The position numbers were made by a program, and so were the translations under genes. A stretch of 64,000 bases of DNA from Selaginella moellendorffii (taxonomy: Eukaryota > Plantae > Lycopodiophyta). Below the pieces are notes generated by a model. It was not told the DNA's origin. It made no database searches and saw nothing but the letters and a program-made list of their open reading frames with translations. The DNA lies in contig NW_003314264.1 in assembly GCF_000143415.4 (NCBI RefSeq), positions 1,504,733 to 1,568,732 on the forward strand, written 5' to 3'. Positions 27,494 through 38,064 of the stretch are shown here, in pieces; positions within the stretch are counted from its first letter, which is position 1, and each line of letters begins with the position of its first letter.

Positions 27494-27557
27494 CGTCTCC
27501 CTCCCAAGAACCCTAGACTTGGGTTTTAAGTTAATTCTTTACACAAAGCTTTAAAGA

Positions 27558-30500
27558 CTATGTGGCTTTCTCTCGCAAATAGTTTTCCCACCCCATGGCT
27601 TCCAATCTCTCTGCCTTCTCCATCACCTTCCTTTCTAGCTCCTCTTTGTAGGATATCATCCTGGAAGAGAAGAAACGAGGTCGTTTTAATGGGTGAAACC
27701 ATTGCAAACTCACTTGTCAAGCATTCTCGGGTCCCAAACTTGCAAGAACCTCGCAGCTAAAATCCCTGCGTTTGCTCCATTGTCCACTGCAACCCACGCA
27801 ACCGGCTCTGGCTACGATCACACAAAGTGACAGTTGGTCGATGATTCTTTCAGCTGAACTGGTAACTTACTTGCACAGCGATTGGATGCTCGACTCCGTG
27901 CTTCAATGAGCCTTTGCTGGTTGGAACCCCGATCACTGGAAGTGGCGTGGCACCGGCAACAATGCCTGCGAAAACAACGAAAAGATAAGCATACGAGTAG
28001 AAGATCACCAGGGACTGACCAGGTAACTCGGAGTAACCGATCGATACGACGACGAGAACTTTGAGACCTTTCGCGTGAGCATTTTTCACATAGTTGCTGG
28101 ATACTGCTACGATCTACACAAGAATAGAGTTAATGCTTCCATCAAATATAACAAAACGATTTTAGTACCTCACAAGGCACACCAAACAATTCCAGCGCTG
28201 CGGCAGCAGCCTTCTCGGGAGTTCCCGCGCAAGTCGTCAAGATTCCCACGACAGGAGGAGCAGCTGCGGAGTTACATTCGCTCGGTAGTCATTCGTAGAA
28301 TTAATCACAGTACCAGATTCCTTTGCATTGTAGATGTCGCTGCCAACAAACGCTTCCAGCTTTTCCAGACACTGCGATCTCCTCTCTTCTCCTTGGTGTG
28401 CGATAACCCTGTACAAAAACAACGTTTGGAAAAACCAAGAGAACGGAAACACTTCGACGTACTTCGATTGGAGGTGTTCGTCGGAAGTACCCAGTATCCT
28501 CACGGCTAGAAGTCCTGCGTTCTCCGCATCATCGACGGCTACAGTAGCAACAGGAATTCCCGTTGGCATCTGTCGTGAAAAGAATTTCCTTCTCTTTCTG
28601 ATTGCGAAAGCCAACTGTTTTACCTGAGCAATCGACAAGAAGGAATCCAGTCCTCTTAATGCCGTGACATCGACCGGAACACCGATAGCTGGGAGAGGCG
28701 TAATGCTGCCAACCATTCCTGAACCAAACCTCGAAAAGTCGATAGAGAAAACAGAAGAAAAAATTCTACAAAAAGAATTGACTAACCGGGAAGGTGCGCA
28801 GCACCACCAGCACCAGCGATAATCACGTTGAGATTGTCAAGGTGAGCATTCGATGCGTAGCTATACATTCGTTCCGCGGTCCTGTGAGCCGAGACAATCG
28901 TCATCTACGCACAAACAACTTAGCTAGAAAAACGGCATACTAATTCACATACCTGATACTTTACACCAAAACGATCAAGAAGTTTTCCGGCGTGTCTCAT
29001 GGTAGAAAGATCTGAATCCGAACCCATGATAATTCCCACAGCCGGTTTTTCTAGCTTTGAGAAAACTATATATTAAGTGAGACAGGGAAACGAAAACATA
29101 AAACCGATCTTACCTGTCGGATGTTTGCATTCAGCTTCTGAACCATCCGTGATTTGACGCATTCGTTGTTTCACGATGGCCATCGATGGCCCCACAACTG
29201 TGACATGACCCATTTTTCGTTGTCTCCGAAACGCTACGCTCAGTGTGAAGCCCAAGTCGAACTACTCAATAATGATAGCAAACCTCGCTTGTGGTACCAA
29301 TGTACACTAGCACCTGGAATGCTAAACGCCTTGTTCATTATCTTTTGTGCGATAGATGCACCGAGTTCACCCTGAATGCTCGCAAACAATGAGCTACAAC
29401 ACGAAGAAATAAGAACGTTACCTCTTCAGCCAAAATGTTATACATTCCTGCTGCTGAAACTTTCATGGAAGTGTCACCGAGTGGCAAGCCTAGGACAGCA
29501 CGAAGGTGCTGTTCAAACTGCGAAACGTAGCATGCTTCGATAGTAAGATGGCCACTGTTATGCGGTCGTGGTGCAACCTCATTCAGCAAAATCTACAAGA
29601 AAAGATAGAAACAATCAAGAGAAAAAAACGTATACCAGATTATCAGAAGCCAAAAACTGCTCGACGCAAAAAACTCCAGCGCCACCAAATGAGGCTACAG
29701 CTTTTGCTGCTATGTCCAGTGCTGTCTTCTCGGCAGCTTTCGGAATCAGGGCCGGTGCTAGCACTGTATGGCAGATGCTCCTCCTGGACAAATCAGAGAA
29801 GTTCTGAATACAAAGGAAAACGAGTAAGCTAGCCTTGCCTTTGAGTAGTCTCTACCAGTTGATAGCACCGTGTTGTTCCATCTATGCCACGGGCAACCAT
29901 CACTGCTAGTTCCTAAAAGAATGAATCAAGCAGGTGCAAACGCAGAAAAACTACAAACCTTCTCAAAAGACACCCACTTCTCCGCAAACAGACCTTGCTC
30001 AAAACCTCCCAATGCTGTGGTGACAAGAGAAGAACCACTTAGCGAGCATTGAACACGGAAGGGCTATCTTACCTTTCACAGACGGAAGCAAGTCACTTTT
30101 GCTTCTCACTGCGATGTTCCCGCGGCCATCGTAAGCAAACCGGCGGCATTTTAGCATGAACGGGTATCCCAGAACAGAAGCTGCATCCTCCAAGCTTTCT
30201 AAGCCAGTAACCTGTGAACTAATGTCGATCAAACATTTCAAAACTGTAGAGCTCTAGACAAACCTCCACGAACTCAGGAACTGGAACACCATACTTTCTA
30301 AAATGCAGCTTCTGACGATACTTGTCCTGCAAGAAGGAAACAACGATTATCTACATTTGCTCGGAAACTGCTAACCTGAATCGTCTTAATAGTACTCGAG
30401 CTCGGTTCCACGCGAACTCCCTGCTTTTCAAGCTCGTCAAGTGTTCCCGCATCAACATGCTCTATCTCCATAGTCACGACATCACACCTGAAATGACGAA

Positions 30501-30939
30501 ACGAAGTTTAGCAACGAAAGAACAAGAAAAGCTGGTATACGCTTTGGCGAACTCCAAAACAGCATATCTATCGTCAAACTCCGCAACAACATGACGGTGA
30601 GCAAGAGCACTGGCAGGACAAATCGCCGAAGGGTCCAGAACCGCGACTTTGACACCCATCGCCGAGCCAGCTTCGCACAGCATTCGGCCCAATTGCCCTC
30701 CTCCCAGGACTCCCACCACAGCATCGTCTAGCCAAAACCTCCTGCCAGAGCAAATTCTTCTTCTAGAACGAAAGAAAGACTAAGAGGATTTACCCCGATG
30801 GAAGCTGCTGCTGCTGTAAAGCCGCTTGGTTCAGCGCTCTCGCAAAGGAGATCCGAGCGGCAGTGCTCGCCTCGCCGATCCGGAGACGGCATTGGTTTGC
30901 AAAGCATCGAGAATGCGGCGGCACGGCTGACGCTGCCAT
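27558..30939 (-). CDS. ADE2: Plastid phosphoribosylaminoimidazole carboxylase: PurK + PurE + extra degenerate PurE
   Basis: Transit peptide; [37 protein letters not shown]; Pur[25 protein letters not shown]; second PurE-like unit 28263-27558 ending [14 protein letters not shown]. Confidence 0.93.
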
Positions 30940-31062
30940 GAGCTAGAACCCTAATTTCACTTCGAGGGTTTTAGGGAACCGTTAACTTCGGCTTGAGGGA
31001 GGAGTGGACACACAAAACGAGGAAACTAACTGATACAATGACTGCTCTCCCTATCAAAGCTA

Positions 31063-31807
31063 TCACTCCGGCACGAACAGATCGGTGACTACGACGAGGA
31101 GTGGGCGATCGAAGCCGAGACCGCCTTCTCCTTCCTGGCATCGCTTGTGCTCGACGGTGCTCGACTTGGGCACGATGATGCGTAGAATTCCCTTCCAGGC
31201 CTGCGCGGTGACGCCCTCGGTGCATGCATTGCGCGGGAGAGCAAAGCGGAGCTCGAAGAGCCAGTTGAGAGCCCAGTCGGGGAGTTCGAGCGCTCGGGGG
31301 ACCGCGGCGCTGTAGCGAGCTCGGACGCTGATAAAGCCGTGCTGCACCACGACCTCGAGCTCCTCCTTCTCGAACCCGCCCGCGACGGCGCGGATTTGCA
31401 CGGCCTCTGCCTCGCGGAAGTACTGCCGCACGAACAGATTCTTGCGGGGGCGCAGCTCGCCGGTGAGATCGATCACCATCCAGTTCACCCAATCGCCGTT
31501 CCCGTCGTCGTCGTCGCCAACTGCGCGCACAGATCGAGCAGGATCGAGCAAAGGATTAGCGGAGGAGGAAGAAACAAAGAAGAAAGAGATAGAGACAAGG
31601 GAAGTCGATCGGATCGGCGAGTGCGGATGGAGGAACTAGAGCTCCTCGCGAGCCGCTGCGCTTGATCTTGATTCTCGGACTGAGCTCCTCCTTGCGCACC
31701 GCTGGCGCCTTGACAAAGCCAGCGCCTTTGGCTGCCGCGGTGGTCGCCGCCATCGCCATCGCAGAGACGCCGCGAAAAACACCGGCATTCCCCAGCAAAC
31801 GATCCAT
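31063..31807 (-). CDS. Divergent alpha-crystallin-domain (HSP20-like) protein; first exon uncertain
   Basis: GFEKEELEVVVQHGFISVRA...FELRFALPRNACTEGVTAQAWKGILRIIVPK resembles ACD beta-strands; acceptor gcgcag near 31522. Confidence 0.65.
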
Positions 31808-31987
31808 CCCACCTCGCCAGAAACATGGAACGATGGATGCTTAAATACGTACTACTGGCGATACGGTCGTGAAGCGAGACACGCTAGCATATTCCGTTCC
31901 GTCAGTGGTGCTATTGTATATTCTACTAGATAAATAAAACTTTGCAAAACGTCGTTTGTAAAGAATTTAAGATGAACCTTCATCCCC

Positions 31988-32226
31988 CAAGCTTTCCAAG
32001 CCAGTAACCTGAGAACTATCGTGAGCGATTCAACATATCAAAACTGTAGAATTCTAGACAAGCCTCCACGAACTCAAGAACTGGAATACTGGAATGCAGC
32101 TTCTGACGATTTTGTCCTGGAAGAAGGAGACGAAGATGAGAACCGCTAATCTGAATTGTCTTAATTGTACTCGAGCTCGGTAACTCCCTGCTTTTCAAGC
32201 TCGCCAAGTATTTCCGCATCAACATA
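31988..32226 (-). pseudogene. Degraded duplicate of an ADE2 internal segment (source about 30190-30460, introns included)
   Basis: caagctttc.aagccagtaacctg, aaactgtaga..tctagacaa.cctccacgaactca.gaactggaa and gtactcgagctcgg...ctccctgcttttcaagctcg shared, with indels. Confidence 0.9.
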
Positions 32227-32314
32227 CTAACATAGGTTTAAGATTTTGCTTCCAGAAGTTCTCGACGGCGCGAACCTCAAAAGTCAGCTTTATATTCAGA
32301 AAAAATCACTCAAA

Positions 32315-32472
32315 CACGAGACCTTGTAGCCGCTCTTTTTTTGCAAAGCTTTGGTGGAATGACTCATGCTGTAGATGTAGAGCGGCTGCTTGCTCGAAAA
32401 TCCTCGCTTCCAAAGCAAAAAGACGTCAGAAACTCTTACACTATGGTAGAACCGCGGCCAGATTTCTCCAGG
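32315..32472 (-). pseudogene. Degraded duplicate of TMEM53 3' exons (source about 38190-38472)
   Basis: cacgagaccttgtagccgctcttttt, tgctgtagatgtagagc, gcggctgcttgctcga, gtagaaccgcg shared. Confidence 0.8.
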
Positions 32473-32576
32473 GCGAGAGAGGAATCTCGATCGAGGAGGA
32501 AACGAGGAAGAACGAAGAAGAAGGGGAGGGTGGCAATTCTTCTTTCTTCTTGAGATAGGGTTTAGGGCTTCTTGTC

Positions 32577-33440
32577 ATGGGAGGACTGCCCGTTTAGAAG
32601 ACCGCAGCACACTGGAGGTGGTGAACCACGTGTTCGCGGGCTCGGATCCCGAAGAAAAGCAAAGAATTGTGGAGCTGCTGCATTGTGTCGGTGTCCGTTT
32701 TGGCAGGGACATTGCTCGCCGCCTTGACGAGCCAGAGGAAGTGCGCAAGTTACTTGGACGCCCTCTTTCGAGCTCCATCGCCAAGCCGCTGATAGCTCAC
32801 AAGCTGCTCAATCAATGTAAGTAGTATTCTATGGTTCCACTAATAACTGCCTAATATCTTACTTGTCCCCTTGGCGGTGTCGCCTATGCGTAGGTGCGCT
32901 TTATCTTGATCACAAAGAGGACAGGCAATCTAAGCTCGCTGATTAGACACATGTTCAAGCGAGTTACGGTTCCCAAGCACATCTACAAGCCCTTGTTACT
33001 GCCGCTGATAGATGGAGTGGACCAAACCTTTGATAATTCAGATGATGCTTACGATGCATACGAAGCCATGGTAGCAACATCTTGGCACTGCTGTGACATT
33101 CGACAAGGTCGGACGAACCATGTGACAACGATTCCGAAGTCTTCCGCTTTTGTTCCCAAGAAGGCAAGCTGATGAGAGCCGGCCCTGAGAACACTAGTGA
33201 TACTTCCTGCGTCGGGGCGCTCATGTACGATATGGACGAGGTTTTCAGCTAGGACGCAATCGGAAGCTTTGCGATCGGCGTGGTTCTGATCCAGGATTTC
33301 ATCTGGGTGTTCAAGTTCATTCCGGAGAGCTTTGATCCCGTGGCATGTCTCTACGTGTTGCTCCGCGAGGGTGGACTTGGACTGAAGATGCTCACCAAGC
33401 TCATGTGCGCCCAGCCGGTTCTACTTGGTGTTCTCTGAAC
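32577..33440 (+). pseudogene. Possible orphan gene or pseudogene with interrupted frames
   Basis: Telobox tagggtttaggg at 32556; ORF pieces 32618-32824 and 32894-33172 bordered by gtaag/tag; ATG out of frame and internal stops. Confidence 0.3.
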
Positions 33441-34283
33441 CTTCCTCTTGTTCCTTGCTTGATGTTTCCGAAGCAACAAAACATATGGAGTTTTATAGTT
33501 AGTCCATTTAAATTGGTTAAGGTGTTTTGGATTTATCCTCAACTAAAGATATATTACATTTGTCAACTGATTTTCGTCAACTTTCATTTCTTGGATTATA
33601 TAAAGGCCTTCCACAAAGAAATTCTCTTCTAGATATCATTGTGATTGTTTTTGCTTGTACTTTTGTAAGTGTGCATTTAGATAGAACATGGAATACTTTG
33701 CTGCTAATTGCTAAATACCATGCCAAATGCCAAAACATTAACCACACTGAAGAGAACACAAGCAACTCAAGTGTTTATACTTTGCATCATGAGTCATAGT
33801 GATTGATTTTCTTATTTTTTCTCCATCTTCTTGTTCTCAAATGCAAAAGAGGATTTTCATTTGTCCTATTTTGGCTGGTTTGATAGATCGAATGAGGTTT
33901 CCGTCCAGCAAGCGATTTGGTAGGCGCCGAATATTTGGATTTGGCACGCAACTTATTTTTGTCAGCCCGTTGGAACAAGCGCAGATAGATGCCGATTTGA
34001 AATTCCATTTTGTCATGGATCATGGTCGCCTCGGCTCACATAATGGTGTTTTGTGTTTCGGCCCGTTCTTCCTGCTTCTTCAAGTAGGTATTGGATAAGT
34101 GTGGTTTCATTCACTGTTCCTCACATCGATTGGCGCAAGGCTCAAAAATATGCTCAATGCATTCTCTTGGAAAAAGAAGGCCGTGTGCCTTGGTGACGTC
34201 GTGGGAGTCCTTGAGATAGATAAGGGTAACATTCCATTCTCAAATAAAATTAAACTTAGATTCAACTTATTCTTTGAGATTTG

Positions 34284-34420
34284 TAGGGCGGGCCTTCCAG
34301 AAATTCTCGACGGCCTCCCAAAGGAGACACGAAGAGGGGGTTTGGAAATAGTTTTCAACCAGCAATTGACGCGTCTCGGTAAAACCTCATAAACTGCGTC
34401 ATTGCCCCAAGCGCAAAGAT
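34284..34420 (-). ncRNA. U4: U4 snRNA, variant copy with shortened 3' stem-loop
   Basis: Reverse complement begins ATCTTTGCGCTTGGGGCAATGACGCAG, includes TCAATTGCTGGTTGAAAACTATTTCCAAACCCCC and Sm site AATTTCTGG; lacks 12 nt of the 3' hairpin versus the 37769 copy. Confidence 0.88.
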
Positions 34421-35574
34421 AAATTAAACCTCCATCCTAGCTTGGTTTATATACCCGCGGAGTGGCACGATTTCAGTCCTTGGCTCGTGGAATAGGGCTG
34501 GCTGGCGCAGCATATTCCTAGAAGTCAAGGTCAACGAGAATATGCATTGCTGGCCAGAAAGCTGGAAGCACGAGACCTTTGTAGCCGCTCTTTTTTTCTG
34601 CTGTTATGTGGAAACCAGGAGACTTATCTCCATTTTGTTCTGCAAGCAGCTGATGACAGTCCGAACGGGACTGACCGACACCGAGAGAACAAATCATGGG
34701 CTTCTCCCAAAATTCTTGGCGCATGAATGCACTTTTCATGATTCTACTGTTTGTCATTTTATATCAACTCTATAGTTAATATAAACCTTCATTTATAAAC
34801 CCCTTGCACAAGAATTGTTATGGAATTGTGATTGGTTTTGCTTGTACTTCTACAAAGACATACTCTTACAGCACTATAGCCTTTCGAAATTGCCTTGGAA
34901 CATTTCATACTGGACTATAGAAGAGTTTTCTAGGTTTGCATCTTTCTTTCTTTCTTTCTTCTTGTTACTAATTGAAAATTGTATAGTGCTCGAGTCGGAC
35001 CAGATCTTATGAGTGCTCTCAAGAAGCAATATTCCCCATGTAACCCATAAAATGGTCTGGGCATATGCCACGTGACAGTCGTGGCCACATGCTCAAAATA
35101 TATCTGAATCGTGTCATAACAAAAAGGAGAAAAAAAATTTGAAGACAAAACAATGGAATTTATAGGGCTATAAAAGTAAAAGATAAACCTCTATTACTTT
35201 AAAGAAAGAAAAGTTTAACACAATTCTTTCTAACAAAAAGTCAAGGCTCTAAAAGTTAATTAAAAGCAAAGGGATCTGTAGACTTTTGGCCTCTGCAGAA
35301 AGAAAATTTTGGTTAGAACTTCACTGACCACATTTATTTTTTCTAGTGACTCCAAGTGCACATATGCATTGCCATTGCCAAGACACCTTTGGGGCAAGAT
35401 AGAGAACCTAACAGGACATGAATGAAGAGTGCGATTTTAGAAGGATCAAGACGCTGCAATTGCCAAGGAAGTAGGGGAGGGGCAGGTGATCGGGGGGAGG
35501 GGATACTGACTACTACCACCCAGGGTTTAGGGGTGCAGAAACACAAGTAACTCCGAGTGTCTATACTTTGCTTC

Positions 35575-37638
35575 ATGAGTTCAAGCACAGTGATTGTTTT
35601 TCTTATTTCTTTCTTCATCTTCTCATTCTCAAATGCACAAGAGGACTCATCTGTGCTTTTGAGCTTCAAAAACTCCGTGGAAGATCCATCTAAAACTTTA
35701 TCCAGCTGGAATATAAGTGATAACTTCTGCCAGCACTGGAATGGCGTAGCCTGCACGACAAAAGGCCGAGTTTCCGTTCTTGAGCTTGAGCATTTAACGT
35801 TACCGGGCTCGCTCTTGGTTTCCACAATCAATGCTCTACCTTTCTTACTGGAGCTATCTGTCTTGGGAAGCAACTTCACTGATGCCATGAATTCCTCTGA
35901 ACATGCCTGCTCACTTGAGATGATCAAGCTGTCAAGTAACCAAAACATGACCTTCACGAGCAGTTTTGATGCTATGCTCAGCTGCCAAGGTCTAAAGGTT
36001 CTCAATCTTTCAAACAATCAAATTGATGGTAAGATAGAAGTGCCAATAGGCAATGCTTTGGAGGTAATAGATGTTTCACATAACTTACTTAGTGGTGAGG
36101 TGCCCCTCTTCCTGTCTTCACAGTGCAGGAGGTTGAGATATCTAGACCTCTCCCACAATCATCTCACCGGAGAACTTCCAGTGGATCTTCTTAAAAATTG
36201 TACTAATCTGCAGCAAATCTCTCTGGCCTACAACAGCTTCCATGGCCCGTCATTTCCCTCTATTCACTCCTTGCCATCGCTGGAATTTCTCGATGCTAGC
36301 TTCAATAACTTCACAGGTCCAGTTCCCGCAATTCATGAGAACCTCAAGCATCTTAATCTCAGCTCAAACAGTTTCAATACAACCAGGGAAAACTTATGTC
36401 CATCGCTCAACTCCTCGAGGCTGGAGAGTCTGATCCTGGTCAACAACAAGCTCACCGGAAGGGTATTGGACAGTGTCTTGAATTGCTCCAGCCTTAAGAT
36501 GTTGGATTTGAGCTTCAACTTGTTAGCAGGAGAAATTCCAAGCACTATCTGCAAACAACTTCCCAAGCTCGAGCATTTCCTTGCGTGGGTAAACAACCTC
36601 GAAGGGCAACTTCCCCCAAACTTGGCCTCATGCAGCAACCTCACCAAGATCATCCTCACTTTCAACAATCTCAGTGGAAACATTCCACCTGAGCTGTTAT
36701 CCAACACAAAGAGCCTCCAATGGTTAAGTTTGAGTAATAACAGATTGAGTGGAGAGTTTCCTGATTCATTGGAGCATGCAAATGAGCTGTTAGTGCTTCA
36801 GTTGAGCAACAACAGCCTGCAGGGCAAGCTGCCCAGCAACATGACCGTCCAGACGATAAATCTCCGCGGAAACAGCTTGAGCGGGAGGATTCCAGCCTCT
36901 TTGAATGGTTTCGAAGGCAGCAAACTTGCCAAGCCCAACGTTGCGGGGACGAGCTTGAAGATAGCCTCAGGGATCAAGACATGTGGGTGCATGGACAGCA
37001 TTTTCATGCTACAAGGAATCTATTTGGAAGAAATGGGGAGTCTACTCACAGCCAAGAGTGGTGGCTGCAAATGCTCCATAAGTTTCCTTCCAGCAAGCTT
37101 TTATGGTTTCTCCACCTCCAGTCCTTCCTTCATCGATGTTTCATTCAACAAATTGGTGGGAGGCATCCCTCGCGAGCTTGGGAGCATGCAGGACGCCACT
37201 TACATCAGCCTTGCGCACAACTTCCTGTCGGGAACAATCCCAGAGGAGCTCGGGGATCTCAAGAACATGATAGGAATGGATTTGTCATTCAATGGTCTCC
37301 AAGGAAGCATTCCAGGCTCGTTTTCCTCGCTCCAGTCCCTCACAGGGTTGAATGTGTCTCACAACAACTTGTCCGGTCCGATTCCACAGGGTGGCCAGCT
37401 TGCGACACTTGATGCCAGTAGCTACGCAGGAAATGCCGGTCTTTGTGGCTTCCCTCTAGCGTCGTGCACCACATCGCCACCAACAGCGACAAATCGTGCT
37501 GACCATGGCTATGGTGGATTTGGACCGGTTCTTGCGGTGAGCTTTGCAATTGGGGTGGTGGTCTCAGTTATCTGCTGCACAATGGTAGTCACCATTGATA
37601 GTAAAAAACGCTTTGTGGAGAGAGCTTGCTATGGATGA
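35575..37638 (+). CDS. LRR receptor-like protein with BRI1/BRL2-like island domain, TM helix, no kinase
   Basis: Signal peptide, LRRNT (LLSFK...WN...C.HWNGVAC), ~20 plant LRRs, ~70-aa non-LRR insert before last 4 LRRs, YAGNAGLCGFPL cap, TM VLAVSFAIGVVVSVICC, short tail then TGA. Confidence 0.93.
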   Translation: MSSSTVIVFLISFFIFSFSNAQEDSSVLLSFKNSVEDPSKTLSSWNISDNFCQHWNGVACTTKGRVSVLELEHLTLPGSLLVSTINALPFLLELSVLGSNFTDAMNSSEHACSLEMIKLSSNQNMTFTSSFDAMLSCQGLKVLNLSNNQIDGKIEVPIGNALEVIDVSHNLLSGEVPLFLSSQCRRLRYLDLSHNHLTGELPVDLLKNCTNLQQISLAYNSFHGPSFPSIHSLPSLEFLDASFNNFTGPVPAIHENLKHLNLSSNSFNTTRENLCPSLNSSRLESLILVNNKLTGRVLDSVLNCSSLKMLDLSFNLLAGEIPSTICKQLPKLEHFLAWVNNLEGQLPPNLASCSNLTKIILTFNNLSGNIPPELLSNTKSLQWLSLSNNRLSGEFPDSLEHANELLVLQLSNNSLQGKLPSNMTVQTINLRGNSLSGRIPASLNGFEGSKLAKPNVAGTSLKIASGIKTCGCMDSIFMLQGIYLEEMGSLLTAKSGGCKCSISFLPASFYGFSTSSPSFIDVSFNKLVGGIPRELGSMQDATYISLAHNFLSGTIPEELGDLKNMIGMDLSFNGLQGSIPGSFSSLQSLTGLNVSHNNLSGPIPQGGQLATLDASSYAGNAGLCGFPLASCTTSPPTATNRADHGYGGFGPVLAVSFAIGVVVSVICCTMVVTIDSKKRFVERACYG

Positions 37639-37768
37639 TCGACACACCAAAAAGAAAAAAATGCCCAGCCACGCTTAGTCAAAGCTTTTTTTCAAAGTCC
37701 ACCCCGATCAAGCTACTTTTGTGATCATGTGTACGTTACTTTATTATTCAACTTAGATTTAGGATTTG

Positions 37769-37917
37769 TAGGCCCGAGCCTAGGGCGGGCCTTCCAGAAA
37801 TTCTCGACGGCCTCCCGAAGGAGACACGAAGAGGGGGTTTGGAAATAGTTTTCAACCAGCAATTGACGCGTCTCGGTAAAACCTCATAAACTGCGTCATT
37901 GCCCCAAGCGCAAAGAT
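37769..37917 (-). ncRNA. U4: U4 snRNA, full-length copy
   Basis: Matches remembered plant U4 (ATCTTTGCGCTTGGGGCAATGACGCAG...GAGAATTTCTGGAAGGCCCGCCCTAGGCTCGGGCCTA), 149 nt; downstream CA..AGTTGAA 3' box. Confidence 0.95.
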
Positions 37918-37943
37918 AAATTAAACCCTCATCTTAGCTCGAC

Positions 37944-37990
37944 TTATATACCCGAGGAGTGGCACGATTTCAGTCCTTGGCTCGTGGGAT
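37944..37990 (-). promoter_or_regulatory. snRNA promoter: USE-like ATCCCACGAG (37990-37981) and TATATAA (37950-37944)
   Basis: USE at about -73 to -64 and TATA at about -33 relative to U4 start, Pol II-type plant snRNA spacing. Confidence 0.8.
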
Positions 37991-38064
37991 AGGGCTGGCT
38001 GGCGCAGCATATTCCTAGAACTGATTGTCCCTAAAAGTTAAAAAATATGCATTTATTCACTCGC

